64,000 nt of DNA. Source: Amphiscolops sp. MND2022 (Eukaryota). Where the stretch lies: the NCBI GenBank assembly GCA_964187785.1, contig OZ076409.1:29700001-29764000 (forward strand), in the 5' to 3' direction. A program made the position numbers and the translations under genes. Positions 52,741 to 64,000 of this stretch are shown here, one piece after another; the first letter of the stretch is position 1, and every line of letters begins with the position of its first letter. The notes under the pieces are model-generated. The model worked only from the letters and a program-made list of their open reading frames with translations, did not search any database and was not told the DNA's origin.

Positions 52741-55663
52741 ATGATTTACAAACTCTGGCAGCGGCTACACTCAAACTTTTGACTATCTGTCAAAACTATC
52801 ATGTGCCAAACTTCGACATTGTTTGCTCAGAACCCGGAAAGTGTTGAAACGAGAAATGATTTTTCATCCGTTTTAGGGCTCAATTTCCGATGTTTAGATT
52901 ATCATTTTGAAGACTTTTTGGTACTACTGGAAACTCTGACACCTAAATGGCAATTACAGAAACTTGGATGACAGAAAATGACCCATTAGAAGAATTTCAA
53001 ATCGATGGATACCAGCCCATTGTTTCGAATCCTCGTAAAGAATTTAAACGGCGATCAGGCAGGCAGGGTTGCTTTCTATATCAAAGAAGGAATCGAATAT
53101 GAGCCAATAGAAACTTGCATTGATATTGAGTGCCAGCTAGTCAAAGTGAAATACGACCACGATTTAGTCAAAGTTTTTTGTGTAATCTATCGTCCTGATA
53201 CCTTTCGGCTGACAAAATTTTCCCCAAAATTCGAGGAGCTTCTGTTTTTCCTAAAATCACTCAGCTATGAAATTTTTGTATTCGGTGACTTCAATATAAA
53301 CACATTATTCACTGATAAAGACAAAGTCAATTATGGAAATCTTCTCAATTCATATGATTGCAAAATACAGAATACTCTACCAACTGGAGTTACACCATCA
53401 ACGAAAAGCTGTTTAGATCATTGGATTGCGAGTGATGAGCTGTACACGCAAACGATTGAAACAACTATAAGTGATCATTTCACTGTCGCGGCATCAATTC
53501 CTCTTACTTCTCGTAAATCATACAAAAAGATCTGGAAAAGAAAAAGGTCAGAAAAATGAAGAACTTGAAAGGCGATAATGCATTGAATTTTCTCTTCCTA
53601 CTCGATCAAAAGCTTAAAACAATACAATCAACATCATGCCATGAAATGCGAGCCCAGATGATGTGCGAAAAAATAATTGAATGTATCGATAAGTTTGCAC
53701 CGGAAAAAGAAGTTGTCATCAAAAATGAAACGAACTCATGGATTACCAACGAAATCAAAAACGCAATGGTCAAACGAGATTGCCTCTTCCGGAAGTGGGT
53801 TGAAAATCCAAACTCCAAAAATCATATCGAATATAACAATCAACGGAATGTAGTAACCCAAAAAACACGACTTACAAAAAAGGAAGCTAATTTCAAAAAT
53901 TAGGTCCTAATCCAAGTCCAAAACATATTTACCGGACGTTGAAATCAAAAAAACTTCAACAAATGCAACAGCATTGTAATGTTTTGCCCGATCTTGACCA
54001 TTTGAATAACTACTTTGTGTCTGTTGGTCAAATTCTGTCATCCAAGTTACCTACATTTGAGAACAATGCTAAAATCGCCAACAATAAGGAAACCATGTTC
54101 GTGTATCCCACTGATGAGTTCGAAGTTTCGAAGATACTTAAAGACATGAAAAACAAGAAGAGTACTGGTGAAGATGGGATAAGTAATGAGATGTTAAAGG
54201 GTTGCTCTCCCATAATAGAACCTCATATTGCAACATTGTTCAACAACTGTATTGAAGACGGGATTTTTCCCGATTGCTTCAAAACAGCCAAAGTAATACC
54301 ATTACATAAAAAGGGTGATCGCAAATACCCTGGGAATTACAGACCAATCAGCCTTTTAAGTTCATTGAGCAAAAATTTTGAAAAATTGTTGCACAAAAGA
54401 ATGATGAATTTTTGTGAGTCCAATAACCTTTTACATGGAGCCCAGTTTGGGTTTAGATCTAAAATGTCTTGCGTTCATGCCATTACCACTGTTACTGAAT
54501 ACATAAGAACAGCTATAGAAAACAAGCAGTTAGATCAATCTTGTTTTATTGATTTGCAAAAAGCCTTCGATACACTCAATCATGAAATACTTTTATAGAA
54601 AATGGAAAATTATGGTTTCAGAGGGAAAATCTTGAGCCTTATTGCAAGTTCTTTAAAAGACAGGCGTCAATTTGTATATCACAATGGGAGAACCACATCA
54701 AAACGACTGATTACTACGGGTGTCCCACAAGGATCTGTGTTAGGGCCATTTCTTTTTCTTTTATACATAAATGATCTACCGACAATCATTCAAGAAAGTC
54801 AAGTAACCATGTTTGCTGATGATACAAGTCTCTTGAAAAGTGGGAAGAAAGGCGAACTTTTATTACAACCAGATGTTGAAAGATTGTCAAACTGGTTCAT
54901 TAGTAACAAATTAACCATCAATGTCGGGAAATGTGAAATTATTTCATTTGGCATTGGAGCTCCACAAGAGCCTCATATTTTGGAGAAACCTTTGACCTTT
55001 AAAAAGTCATGTAAATACTTAGGGCTGCATCTAGATGGATCTTTGAGATTTCGTGAGCATATAGATTATGTTGTTAAAAAACTCAAAAAGTTTTGTGGCC
55101 TAATTTATAGAATACGAGAGCAATACACCAGGTCCTCGCTCCTGATGTTCTATAATTCGTTTGCCAAGTCTGTCATAAGCTATGCTTTATTATTGTATGG
55201 GACTGCTGCTAAAACTAATCTAATGAAAGTTGAAAATGCTCAACGCAGAATTCTTAGAGCTATTTTTTTCAGGCGAAAGTTCGATTCCTTAAACAATATC
55301 TGGTACGAACACAAGTTTCAGACTGTATTTGAAATGTATATATCAGAATTGATTGAAGAGATGTTAAAACAGATTAGATTGGAGTCTCCTGTACTATTTT
55401 TCACGCCATATGCATGCAAAGAGTCCCATTTACCAACTCGTGGGAGCTCAAGAAACAATATTCCCTCGAAATATTATAGGACAGTCGTCAAGCGTAAATG
55501 TCTTGAAAATTCTTTTCGGAAAGTTTATAATTACTTGTTGAACTTGGATTTGATACCGCAAAACTTATTGAAGATGACTAAATCAGAAATGAAGTCATAT
55601 GTTGACAGTATTAGTCTATTGTATGTACGTGAACACAGAGAGGTATTTTCATTGTTTTTTTGA
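52741..55663 (+). pseudogene. LINE ORF2 endonuclease-reverse transcriptase with a few stops/frameshifts
   Basis: VIYRP, FGDFNI, CLDHW, SDHF (APE); NYRPISLLS, QFGFR, DLQKAFD, GVPQGSVLGPFLFLLYINDL, FADDT, KYLG (RT). Confidence 0.95.
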
Positions 55664-57901
55664 GTATTGGAATATATATTCGATATGAGAATGATCTTGC
55701 CAAAATCTTGGATCTGTTTTCTGTAAAAAACAAGTTTCTAGGGTTTCCTTTATTCATCCACTTATCGGGTTCTAAGGGCAGGGACTTGACGAGCAGCCTG
55801 CTCTTTTCCTGTCCTGATTGGATACGTTGTAGTTACATTCATATGAAAATCATCTTTATTTTTATGTATCTTGTATATCCAATGAAATTAACTGTTCTGT
55901 TCTGTTCTAAATATTTCTTTCAAAAGTGCCGTCAATGTTAGAATTGTTCGCCTTTGAAATACGGACAGAAAAGTCTTGAACTTATATTACCGAAAGCGAT
56001 TTACCTTATATTACGTTAAGGATATTATGTTTGCGATGAGCGTTTCTATTCATTTCATCTTGCTTTGTCAGTCAGGCTTGGCAATTTCTGATCTTTCAGA
56101 AACGTAATTATTTTTGTCTTCAAACCAATTGCCGAAAAATTAAGAACAGAAATATTTAAACGAATCAAAACCGACGAATTAATCAAAGGATTATATCAAA
56201 GAGCTTGTTTGAATGACCAATAAAGCTTTGAAAAGGTTGAAAAGAAAAATGACATGAAAGTTGCTGAAGAATGCGGAATTTCGGAAAATGCCAAAGAATC
56301 GGAGACTTCACAGGGCAAAGATGCATATGTTTAGCTGAACAACTTTCTTAGAAATATGAAGTGGATTTGTTGGTTGTAAACTTCGCAGCGGCTCTGAAAT
56401 TATGCAAACAAAAATGCAGTCATTTTTGCCCAAACTGTTTGTGCAAAGCAATCACTCATAGCTACCAATAGAAAAATGTGGATTCAAACTGAAATTGAGT
56501 TCCTACCTCTAAAATGTTAGACAAGCTAAGTGTAACAACTCAACCCCAATAATTTTTGAGTCTTCAGGTATGACTTTTCGAGTTCACTTTGCCTTTCAAC
56601 TTTTTTCGTTATTTTCTGCTCTATATCTTTATTTCTAAGTTATTTCTAAGTACAGCAGAAGGCAACATCTCACGGGAGTTTTTTGATCATCTTTTGGGCA
56701 GAGTTGGTACGGAATAACATCTTCAGTGATATTGAAATTTAAAAGTTGTTACCGCGAGACTGATTAGTTCATTGTGTAAAATTTTTCCTTTAGGCAAGAC
56801 AGGTGTGATTTTTTGAAATTATTTGACAATCTCAGAAGAAATTGGAAAATTTTTTTAAAGTTGAAAAAGTTGTGTCAGAAAAAATCTCAGTACACCTCAA
56901 AAGTTACTGCAACAATGCAACCAATGACAGGCGATACAACATCGAAATGATTAGATGACATTTCGTCCCCCTAGTGGAAAAAATCGCATCTTTTGCAAAA
57001 TTTTTACAAAAAATTTAGTTGACACTAACTATCACAAAATTCTTGCGAAATTTGCGAATTTCAGCTAAAATGGTAGAAAAAATGCATAAATTTCACAAAA
57101 TTTTTCGAAATTTGCATTGTTTGAAAATACAGTGTTTTTAATCGGTGTTTTCGAAGGAAATGCACGACTTGTACAGTGGCTTGTTTTTTTTTCCTCAGTT
57201 CAACGTGATCGGTCTACTTTTTTGTTCATTTGTTCAATTTTTTGGCCAGTTAATTTTCTGGGGTCTGAGAAGCAGGAGAGCGTGGGTTCGAGTCTGGCAC
57301 TAAACCACAAAATTTTCTTATGCTTTCAAACGTAGAGGGGAGACCAATGCGATTTTTTGGGAAATTTTTGAATTCTTTCAAAGGGTACCCCTTGAATTTT
57401 TTGAAGCTTTCAGTTTGTAAAAAAAACGTTTTATGAGCCCAAAGGTCTTCTCTTTTTGGGTTTTTCGGCAATATGCGACTTTTTTTACCAAATACTTTTT
57501 AGAAAAAAGTTTTTCCCAAAGGCAAGTTAGTTTTTTCTGATGTTTCCAGTTCAGAAAACAAGGTGTTTTCGAGTTTCGGGGAAAACCCTTTCGGATATTA
57601 TCGGAACCGTGTGATAATTGAAAAATTTCACCATACTTGTTTTTTGGATATTTTTGAGCCTTCGATATGACGCCGACTTGGGCAGTTCCCGGCTTGTTAG
57701 ATCTAATTCTATCAAAAGACGGTGACTTTAGACCCTATCTAAGTAAAATAAAATTTTTTAAGAACTTATTCCATCTATCATTTGTTTGTTTCTCCATAAC
57801 AGTTTTTCGCTAGGGAATAAAACGGCTGAGAAACTTGAAGACTGTTGAAGAGGAAAAATACAGGGCAATACACTTTCAACTTATGCAATTTGAACCGTTG
57901 C

Positions 57902-59216
57902 TGTCATACCGGATGGTGTGAAATACAACAACTGAAAGATGAAGTCATCACCAATTGCCCAAACATTTCAACTATAAACAATTTAAAATACATGTAATAT
58001 CATATAACGGACGACTGTACCATTCAGTCGTCACTCCAATTTCACCTGTGCTACGAAATACAAAATTGTGCTAAGCAACGACCAATACTATTAGTCGTCG
58101 CAACCACAAACCAAACAATTAAAACAGAAATCTCAGGTGCACTTTGATCTCATCTTTTGTAAAATACAGAAATATGTTTCTCTTCACCTGATTTACAGCA
58201 ACGACTAAAACATGTAGTCGACTTTAGGAACCCTTTAGTGCAATACATTATTCATTCATGTAACTTTAGTGCATTACAGTATTCATTCATGTAAACGACT
58301 GGTATATCTAGTCGTATTTTAACCGATATGTACATGCAGTTCTTCATATCCAAATCATTGATACTTCAGTTACTAGAGCATCGTTTAGTTCATATACGGT
58401 CATTTGTGTTAATTTCTAGTAAGAAGCACCAACAACGACTTCGAACACTAGTTGTCATTTGTGCTTAGTGCGTTAAAATTGCTAATTGGGAAAATACTAC
58501 CAGTAATCAAGTACAGTAATTATGCCCAACAGTTCGATCACTAGTTGTAAATTAGTACGTACTGTGATGTTGTGAGATCAATGATACGTGCTGGTGCGAC
58601 AACAGAAACTCAAACGCTACAATGGCAATTAGCGACGACTGAAGTGACCAGTCGTGTAATGTACCATGAGGCGATAATAGCAGGTTGACCAAAAAAGTTG
58701 AGTGAAAGAGACGCAAAACAATCAAGTGCAATTACCAAGTAATTAGGAGTTTGAAGGTGCTATTGCAATATAGAAATTCGACAGATGAAACTTATTACCG
58801 TGAGATACAGACGTACTGTAAATGCACTTTGCAAAGTTTCACTACATTAAAATCATTTCTTTCAATTCAATTGACTCAAACCTTAACTTTTCCAACAATG
58901 GTAAATACTCGATCGAGATACAATAGAGAGAGCAGAATTGAACAGTCCGGAATAGATAGATATTCTGATGAAGACGACTACATGAGTGTAGCGGACCACT
59001 ACACTGAGGACAATTTCAACAAAGACATCGAAAGTGACGTGAGATCTATAGAAAGGGATCATGAGAAACACAGGATTGAACAACGTTTCCTGGAAATGAA
59101 CCGTCAACTTGGAGAACTCACAAGTATAGTGAGAGCCCTTACTGATAAACTAGCTAAGAGTAGGGAAGAGAACGGTAGAGACGTACTAAATTCTGAGACG
59201 TCGACACGTTCTGACA
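57902..59216 (+). mobile_element. Solo LTR, family E (1315 bp), with intact 106-codon gag-like ORF start (58898 to LTR end)
   Basis: TGTCA...TGACA termini flanked by perfect 5-bp TSD GTTGC (57897-57901, 59217-59221); ORF MVNTRSRYNRE..IEQRFLEMNRQLGELTSIVRALTDKL. Confidence 0.9.
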
Positions 59217-60003
59217 GTTGCCATTTCAACCGCTCAACAATTTCATTTTACTGCAATTTCAGCTTTCTGCAACTTGGACCTACACCTCATCCTCAGTGAA
59301 ACGTTATTTACTTCAAATATAACATCAAAAATCCGAACCTGTTCGAAATTTTTAAGACTTCGATTTGTGTCAGTCTCGACCTAGCAGGTACCAAAAATCA
59401 GTTGAGAAGACGGCGCACGACAAGAGAAACAACCCGACCGAAAGAACTTTGAAAAAGTAAGAAGATACTGACGGAATAAACCACGAATACCTAGTGTTAT
59501 GCCAGTTCTTCCAGAACATCCCTCTGACCGTTTGGCAGAGATGCGGACACCCCCGGAGCACGGAAGGAAGGTACAACCTATCTAGGACTGTTTCGCAGAC
59601 CTGAAACGTTTTGATATTGATGCAAATATTTGTACTGATTCAATTCGTGAGGTATTAATGCTAATTTGACGATGTCCGATAATGCCGGATATGTTAGGTC
59701 CCCTAATTCCGTCATTTAGCCTTAAAAGAATCTACTTCCGCCTAATACATTTTTGGACCTCGGAGCAATGTATGAAGTCGCAGGAACCTTAGGCATCGTT
59801 TTTACATGCTTGTGGGACGTGTCCGGGCTTTGCGTATGCTGGCACGTCGCCGTAGAGGTCTAATTGAGGAGCCTTCTCGACACTAGAAAAGCACCCATAG
59901 GGTTCTTTCGGAGGAAAAGCGGGCGTCTTGTTAGTTTTGATTCGTCTTTTTTTGCGCTGTGTGAACAGAAAAGGAGATACGTTCATTCTATCGCATTCAT
60001 TAG

Positions 60004-60786
60004 TAGGAACTTCAAAAATCAGCGGAAAAAAACAAGATTTCGGCGGCAAGATTTATTGCGAATTCGGCATAGATTATGCAAAATTCGGCAAAGTGTGAAA
60101 AAGTTGTTTCACAAATCATTTCAAAACCAGGACTAATACAAAGCCCTTAAGTACGCTACAAAACTGAGTTGTATTGCACGAATGAGAGTATTTCCAGTGT
60201 TGCTTCTGTCATATTCGATCTGTCTGTCACAAAATGATTAGGATTTGAAAAGAATTTCTCAACATCAACAGACGTACATGGTGCAAATGAATAAATCTGA
60301 ACTTCTTGAGGGTCACTTAGATCTATACCCTTCGCTTTACAGACGACAGTTTTGAATCCCTTATTTTTTTCCAAAATAAAGAACAGTTTGTTCAGGGAAA
60401 TTCCCGCAGCCGGATTTCCAGTATTTGAGAGTACATTCAATTTCTCACTCAGATCCTCGATATCCTCAAAATGCCATTCTCAACTTTCAAAATTTCTAGG
60501 CATTTTTCATCTTTTACCCTTTTCTGTAACGCAGAAATTGAGGATGCCTTGGTTGCCATTGTGTGCAGACACTGGCGGAAAATGTGTCGTGTGTTGTATT
60601 GTGTAAACAAACCTCTTAAAGCACAGACACGGTCAGCCCTTGGTAAATGAGTGTGTTGTGTTTTATACAAACAAGTATCTGAAAGCGGTCACTGTATTAA
60701 GCAAATACGTTTGGTAGAAATCGGCGCGAAACTGACAAAATCGGCGGTTATTCGGCGCTCGCCAGCGCCGGTTTTCGAAGTTCCTT
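60004..60786 (-). mobile_element. Internally deleted hAT DNA transposon retaining the transposase C-terminus (60156-60440)
   Basis: TIRs taggaacttcaaaaatcagcg / cgccggttttcgaagttcctt; perfect 8-bp TSD TTCATTAG (59996-60003, 60787-60794); FAPCTSVDVEKFFS..TDRSNMTEATLE dimerisation motif. Confidence 0.9.
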
Positions 60787-62218
60787 TTCATTAGTTTTTT
60801 TTAATTTGACAGTACGATGCCTGGAAAATACCTAAGCTCGTTCCTGAGATTTTAGGATTTCTTGTTTGTTCACTGGTTTCTAGAGGTGTGTACGGAAGGC
60901 ATTAGCAGAGCAACCTAAAAAACTAATCGTACCGATATCTGGGATTTAGATCAATCGAAGCATTTGACGAAAGTTTTCGAGAATCAATTTCTTCGTAACG
61001 GTGTGAACTTTGGAAATTCAATCGTTCTCAGCTAATGAAACTAACTAATATAATATAATAAATCTTTCGGTAAACACAGCGCAAAAAATGGAAAAATGGA
61101 AAAATGGACTGTTTTGAAAGGTTTTAAAACATCAAAACGATTTAAGAAATCTCTAAAGGTTCTCTAAAATTCTTGAATACTTGAACAAAAATGGGCTGTA
61201 GCTTTAAAAAACGATTAACTACGACCCCAATTCTTTCATATTGTGGTCCATTCCATGGTGGCAGCGGTTGCCACCAACTTTCTGAAATTCCGAACTGTTT
61301 ATTCTATTCATGAAAACTTGATGACGCAGTTGTTACCTTCCAAAACATGGCTCGTTCAATTTATTTATATTCATGGTGTATGCTGTACTCGGTGAATTCA
61401 TTTACACAGAATATCTTTTGTTGGCTAACTTTCGTTCTCCAAATGTTCTTCGTTTGAAATGAAAAATTTAACAAATGAACATGTTTCTTGAAATTTTTCA
61501 ACACAGGTGCAAGCTAAAACATAGGTTTTATTCTAAATAATTATTTGTTTAGACCAAAATTGCGATTGTAGAAGAGCAAAAGCAAGCACAACTTTCGTTT
61601 ATTTAAAAATGTATGAATTTTGATGATAATATGAATAATCTTTAGATGATGCAGGATTCAAGCGAAACACCTCTTTCGTCGCTAAAGGAAATCCATTCGT
61701 AGTCTATTGTATTTTTTTGTTTCTTGTTATTTCAGATAAATAGTGCAAATTTTGATGCATTGTCATAAAAGATATCTAGGTAAGGAAATGAATTTTAGAA
61801 GCAGTTTTTTATTCATATTCAAAATGAACTTTTCAGAAACTCTGCATTTTTCTCGAGAACAAAAAAACTGTCAAAGGTGGAAAAAATAATTATGAATAAA
61901 CAAAAAATAGAGGACAAATACTACAAAGGTGATCGAAGGCGGGAGACAATGAGCTCATTGAGGCTGCCATGAACAGTTTTCCAGATTTTGATTTTGTCCA
62001 GCTTCAAATTACATCCTTACAATAAAATGAAGGACTGAAAAACCAAAGGTTGGAATCAGCTTCAACGCGTGTCACCTTTTTCTTTATACTTGTATTGATT
62101 TCTGTGATTCCACCAAAAGGAACACTTTTCAGTTCCAGCAAAAAATCATGTCAAAAATTTTGTTACCAATTGCAAGGACCTACATTGACAATATTTACAA
62201 TTTTGATGCACATGTTGT

Positions 62219-62375
62219 CCCTAGTTGAAAAAAATACAAATCTTGCAAGAATCTTGCAAGATCTTGACAAAAAATACAAACCTTGCAAGATTGGTTCTGT
62301 CAGAAAATACATTTCTTGCAAAAACCTGACAGAAAAAATATTTCTTGCAAGAATCTTGCAAGATTCTTGCAAGAT
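62219..62375. repeat. Truncated TCTTGCAAGA-family MITE
   Basis: ccctagttgaaaaaaatac start and palindromic tcttgcaaga repeats. Confidence 0.7.
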
Positions 62376-62634
62376 ATACATCGAACCAAAATTTCCATGA
62401 AACATTCGAAGTTGCGAATAGGGCGCGGCCATTTTGAATTTGAGTAGGGAAAACTACTTGCTTGTATTTCCTATCACATTTAAGTGTATTTCGTATCAAT
62501 TATGCCCCATGAACATTGGGTTATGGTCAGAATAATTGTTCCGGTACTATTCCCATAGTCGAGACTATGTCTGGGCTCAATAGTACCGGATATAATAATA
62601 GAAAAAGGGCTTTTCCCGGAAAGGGGGAATAAGA

Positions 62635-63351
62635 TGCAACGGCATCTTGTGATCAATGAATTTTTGACAAATTTTCGAAAGTTTCGTTCAAAACTGACGT
62701 GGCACCCAATCATGATTTTGGACAAGTACCTGTCAGCAGAAAGTGTAGAAAGACGGTTAAAGAAGACGCCCCGCTAAAAGAGAGCGTGACGAACGCGGAC
62801 GAAGACATATAAAACAGCCAGAATTAACAAAAACCACGGTGTTTGTCTGCTGAAATCAGGGTTTTGCAGAGAAGAACCGAAAAACAGCATGACAGCCTGA
62901 AGACTGTACCCGTGCACGGGGGTTGTGCCCAGCTCGAGCGCTGGTGCCATGCTGCCCGAATATCCACAGCTTTCGCTGAACTGGACTTCGTTATTATAAT
63001 TTGTGTACTTTTGTTGTGTGATTAATAATATGCTCGAGGGCTATTTTCTAGTTTGTCGCATTTATTCAGATTCCCCCTGGAGAAATTCAGTTATCTACGA
63101 CCTTGTTGTTTTTACAAGCTATCTACGCGGTGGTTGTGAGGAGAAAAAGCACAATGCCCGTAATTCCTAGCAAATACAGACTGGTATCAGGCCAGAGACG
63201 ATGCTTAGAGACGGTTCCCCCTCCTCGGGACCGGCTATCCTTAGGAGGACAAAGTGAGCTGATATCATGGTGGTTTGTCCCGGACCATATCCATGGTACC
63301 AGTTCCTCCATTCTACTGTTACAATACAATCACTCAGCGCTTGCCGTTACA
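62635..63351 (+). mobile_element. LTR, family D, second copy, preceded by a PPT-like tract (probable 3' LTR)
   Basis: ggaaagggggaataaga|TGCAACGGCA...TGCCGTTACA; ORF MPVIPSKYRLVSGQRRCLETVPPP homologous to that in 34102-34883. Confidence 0.7.
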
Positions 63352-64000
63352 TGATCTATTATGTTGGAGGGAGCATGCTACGAGGACATTGTGGAACATG
63401 TTGAACACAACAATCTAGAAATTGGATATCTTGCTTGCTTTTCCCGGAATGAGATCTAACGGAGTACGATCTAAACCAATCAAATGTCTCTGAGCAAAGT
63501 TGAGGTTAAAATTTTGATCATAACCCATGTTGAGCACTCCCTGCGAATCTTACAGATCTGTACAGATCCTGACAAATATTCCGGGACTTGTCGAAAATTA
63601 CCGTCATATATACAGCTTTGAAATTGTCATTAATTGATTAAAAATTGCTCTAAAAGATAAACACTTCGCCTAATTGAAGTTTTAAAAAAGTTTCTGTACG
63701 ATTCAGAACAGATTTGTACAGATCCTGACAGATACACCAGGATTTGTCGAAAATCAACCATACGAAATTAACCAATAAAAGTCTATACCGTTTTCCAAGT
63801 ATCCAGCAATTACTAAAACTACTGCAGCAATCAATGTTCCCGAAATATTAGAACCATATCATTTCATCAACACCTCTATCAATCCAGACGATGGCCACAT
63901 ATCTAATTGCATCCACTAAAACGAATTCAATGAGTCAAACAAGCCTCTCAAAGTTGAACAACCACTTCTGGAAGTTTCAAGTGAAATGGATCAATTACCG

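Larger units (their letters stand above)
51700..55908 (+). mobile_element. Near full-length APE-RT non-LTR retrotransposon (CR1/L2-group-like)
   Basis: ORF1 + ORF2, 3' UTR stem-loop (55776-55815), (CTGTT)3 tail; 24-bp tandem repeat in 5' UTR (51728-51776); 5' boundary approximate. Confidence 0.9.

Noticed and set aside
63550..63760. ~50-bp direct repeat about 157 bp apart
   Set aside because: Only two degenerate copies near the window edge; probably transposon subterminal repeats

Overview
Repeat-dense, AT-rich eukaryotic (probably invertebrate animal) genomic DNA made almost entirely of nested, mostly decayed transposons; I found no intact host gene. All family assignments come from motif recognition by eye, not database searches. 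The main feature (1-10.9 kb) is the 3' part of an unusually complex Ty3/Gypsy LTR retroelement. After pol come an extra ~500-codon ORF, an envelope gene resembling chuvirus/Jingchuvirales (class III, herpes-gB-like) fusion glycoproteins, and about four further same-strand accessory ORFs before the PPT and LTR. A second theme is that four unrelated LTR families here carry the first ~65-220 codons of a gag-like ORF inside the LTR itself, best shown by a solo LTR with perfect 5-bp TSDs at 57902-59216. Also present: a second and third decayed Gypsy element, a 5.4-kb duplication with two identity tiers carrying a Polinton/Maverick-type pPolB relic, a spliced hAT-like zinc-finger pseudogene, a near full-length APE-RT LINE, an internally deleted hAT with perfect 8-bp TSDs, MITEs, a ~780-bp fold-back palindrome, and a ~78-bp minisatellite.
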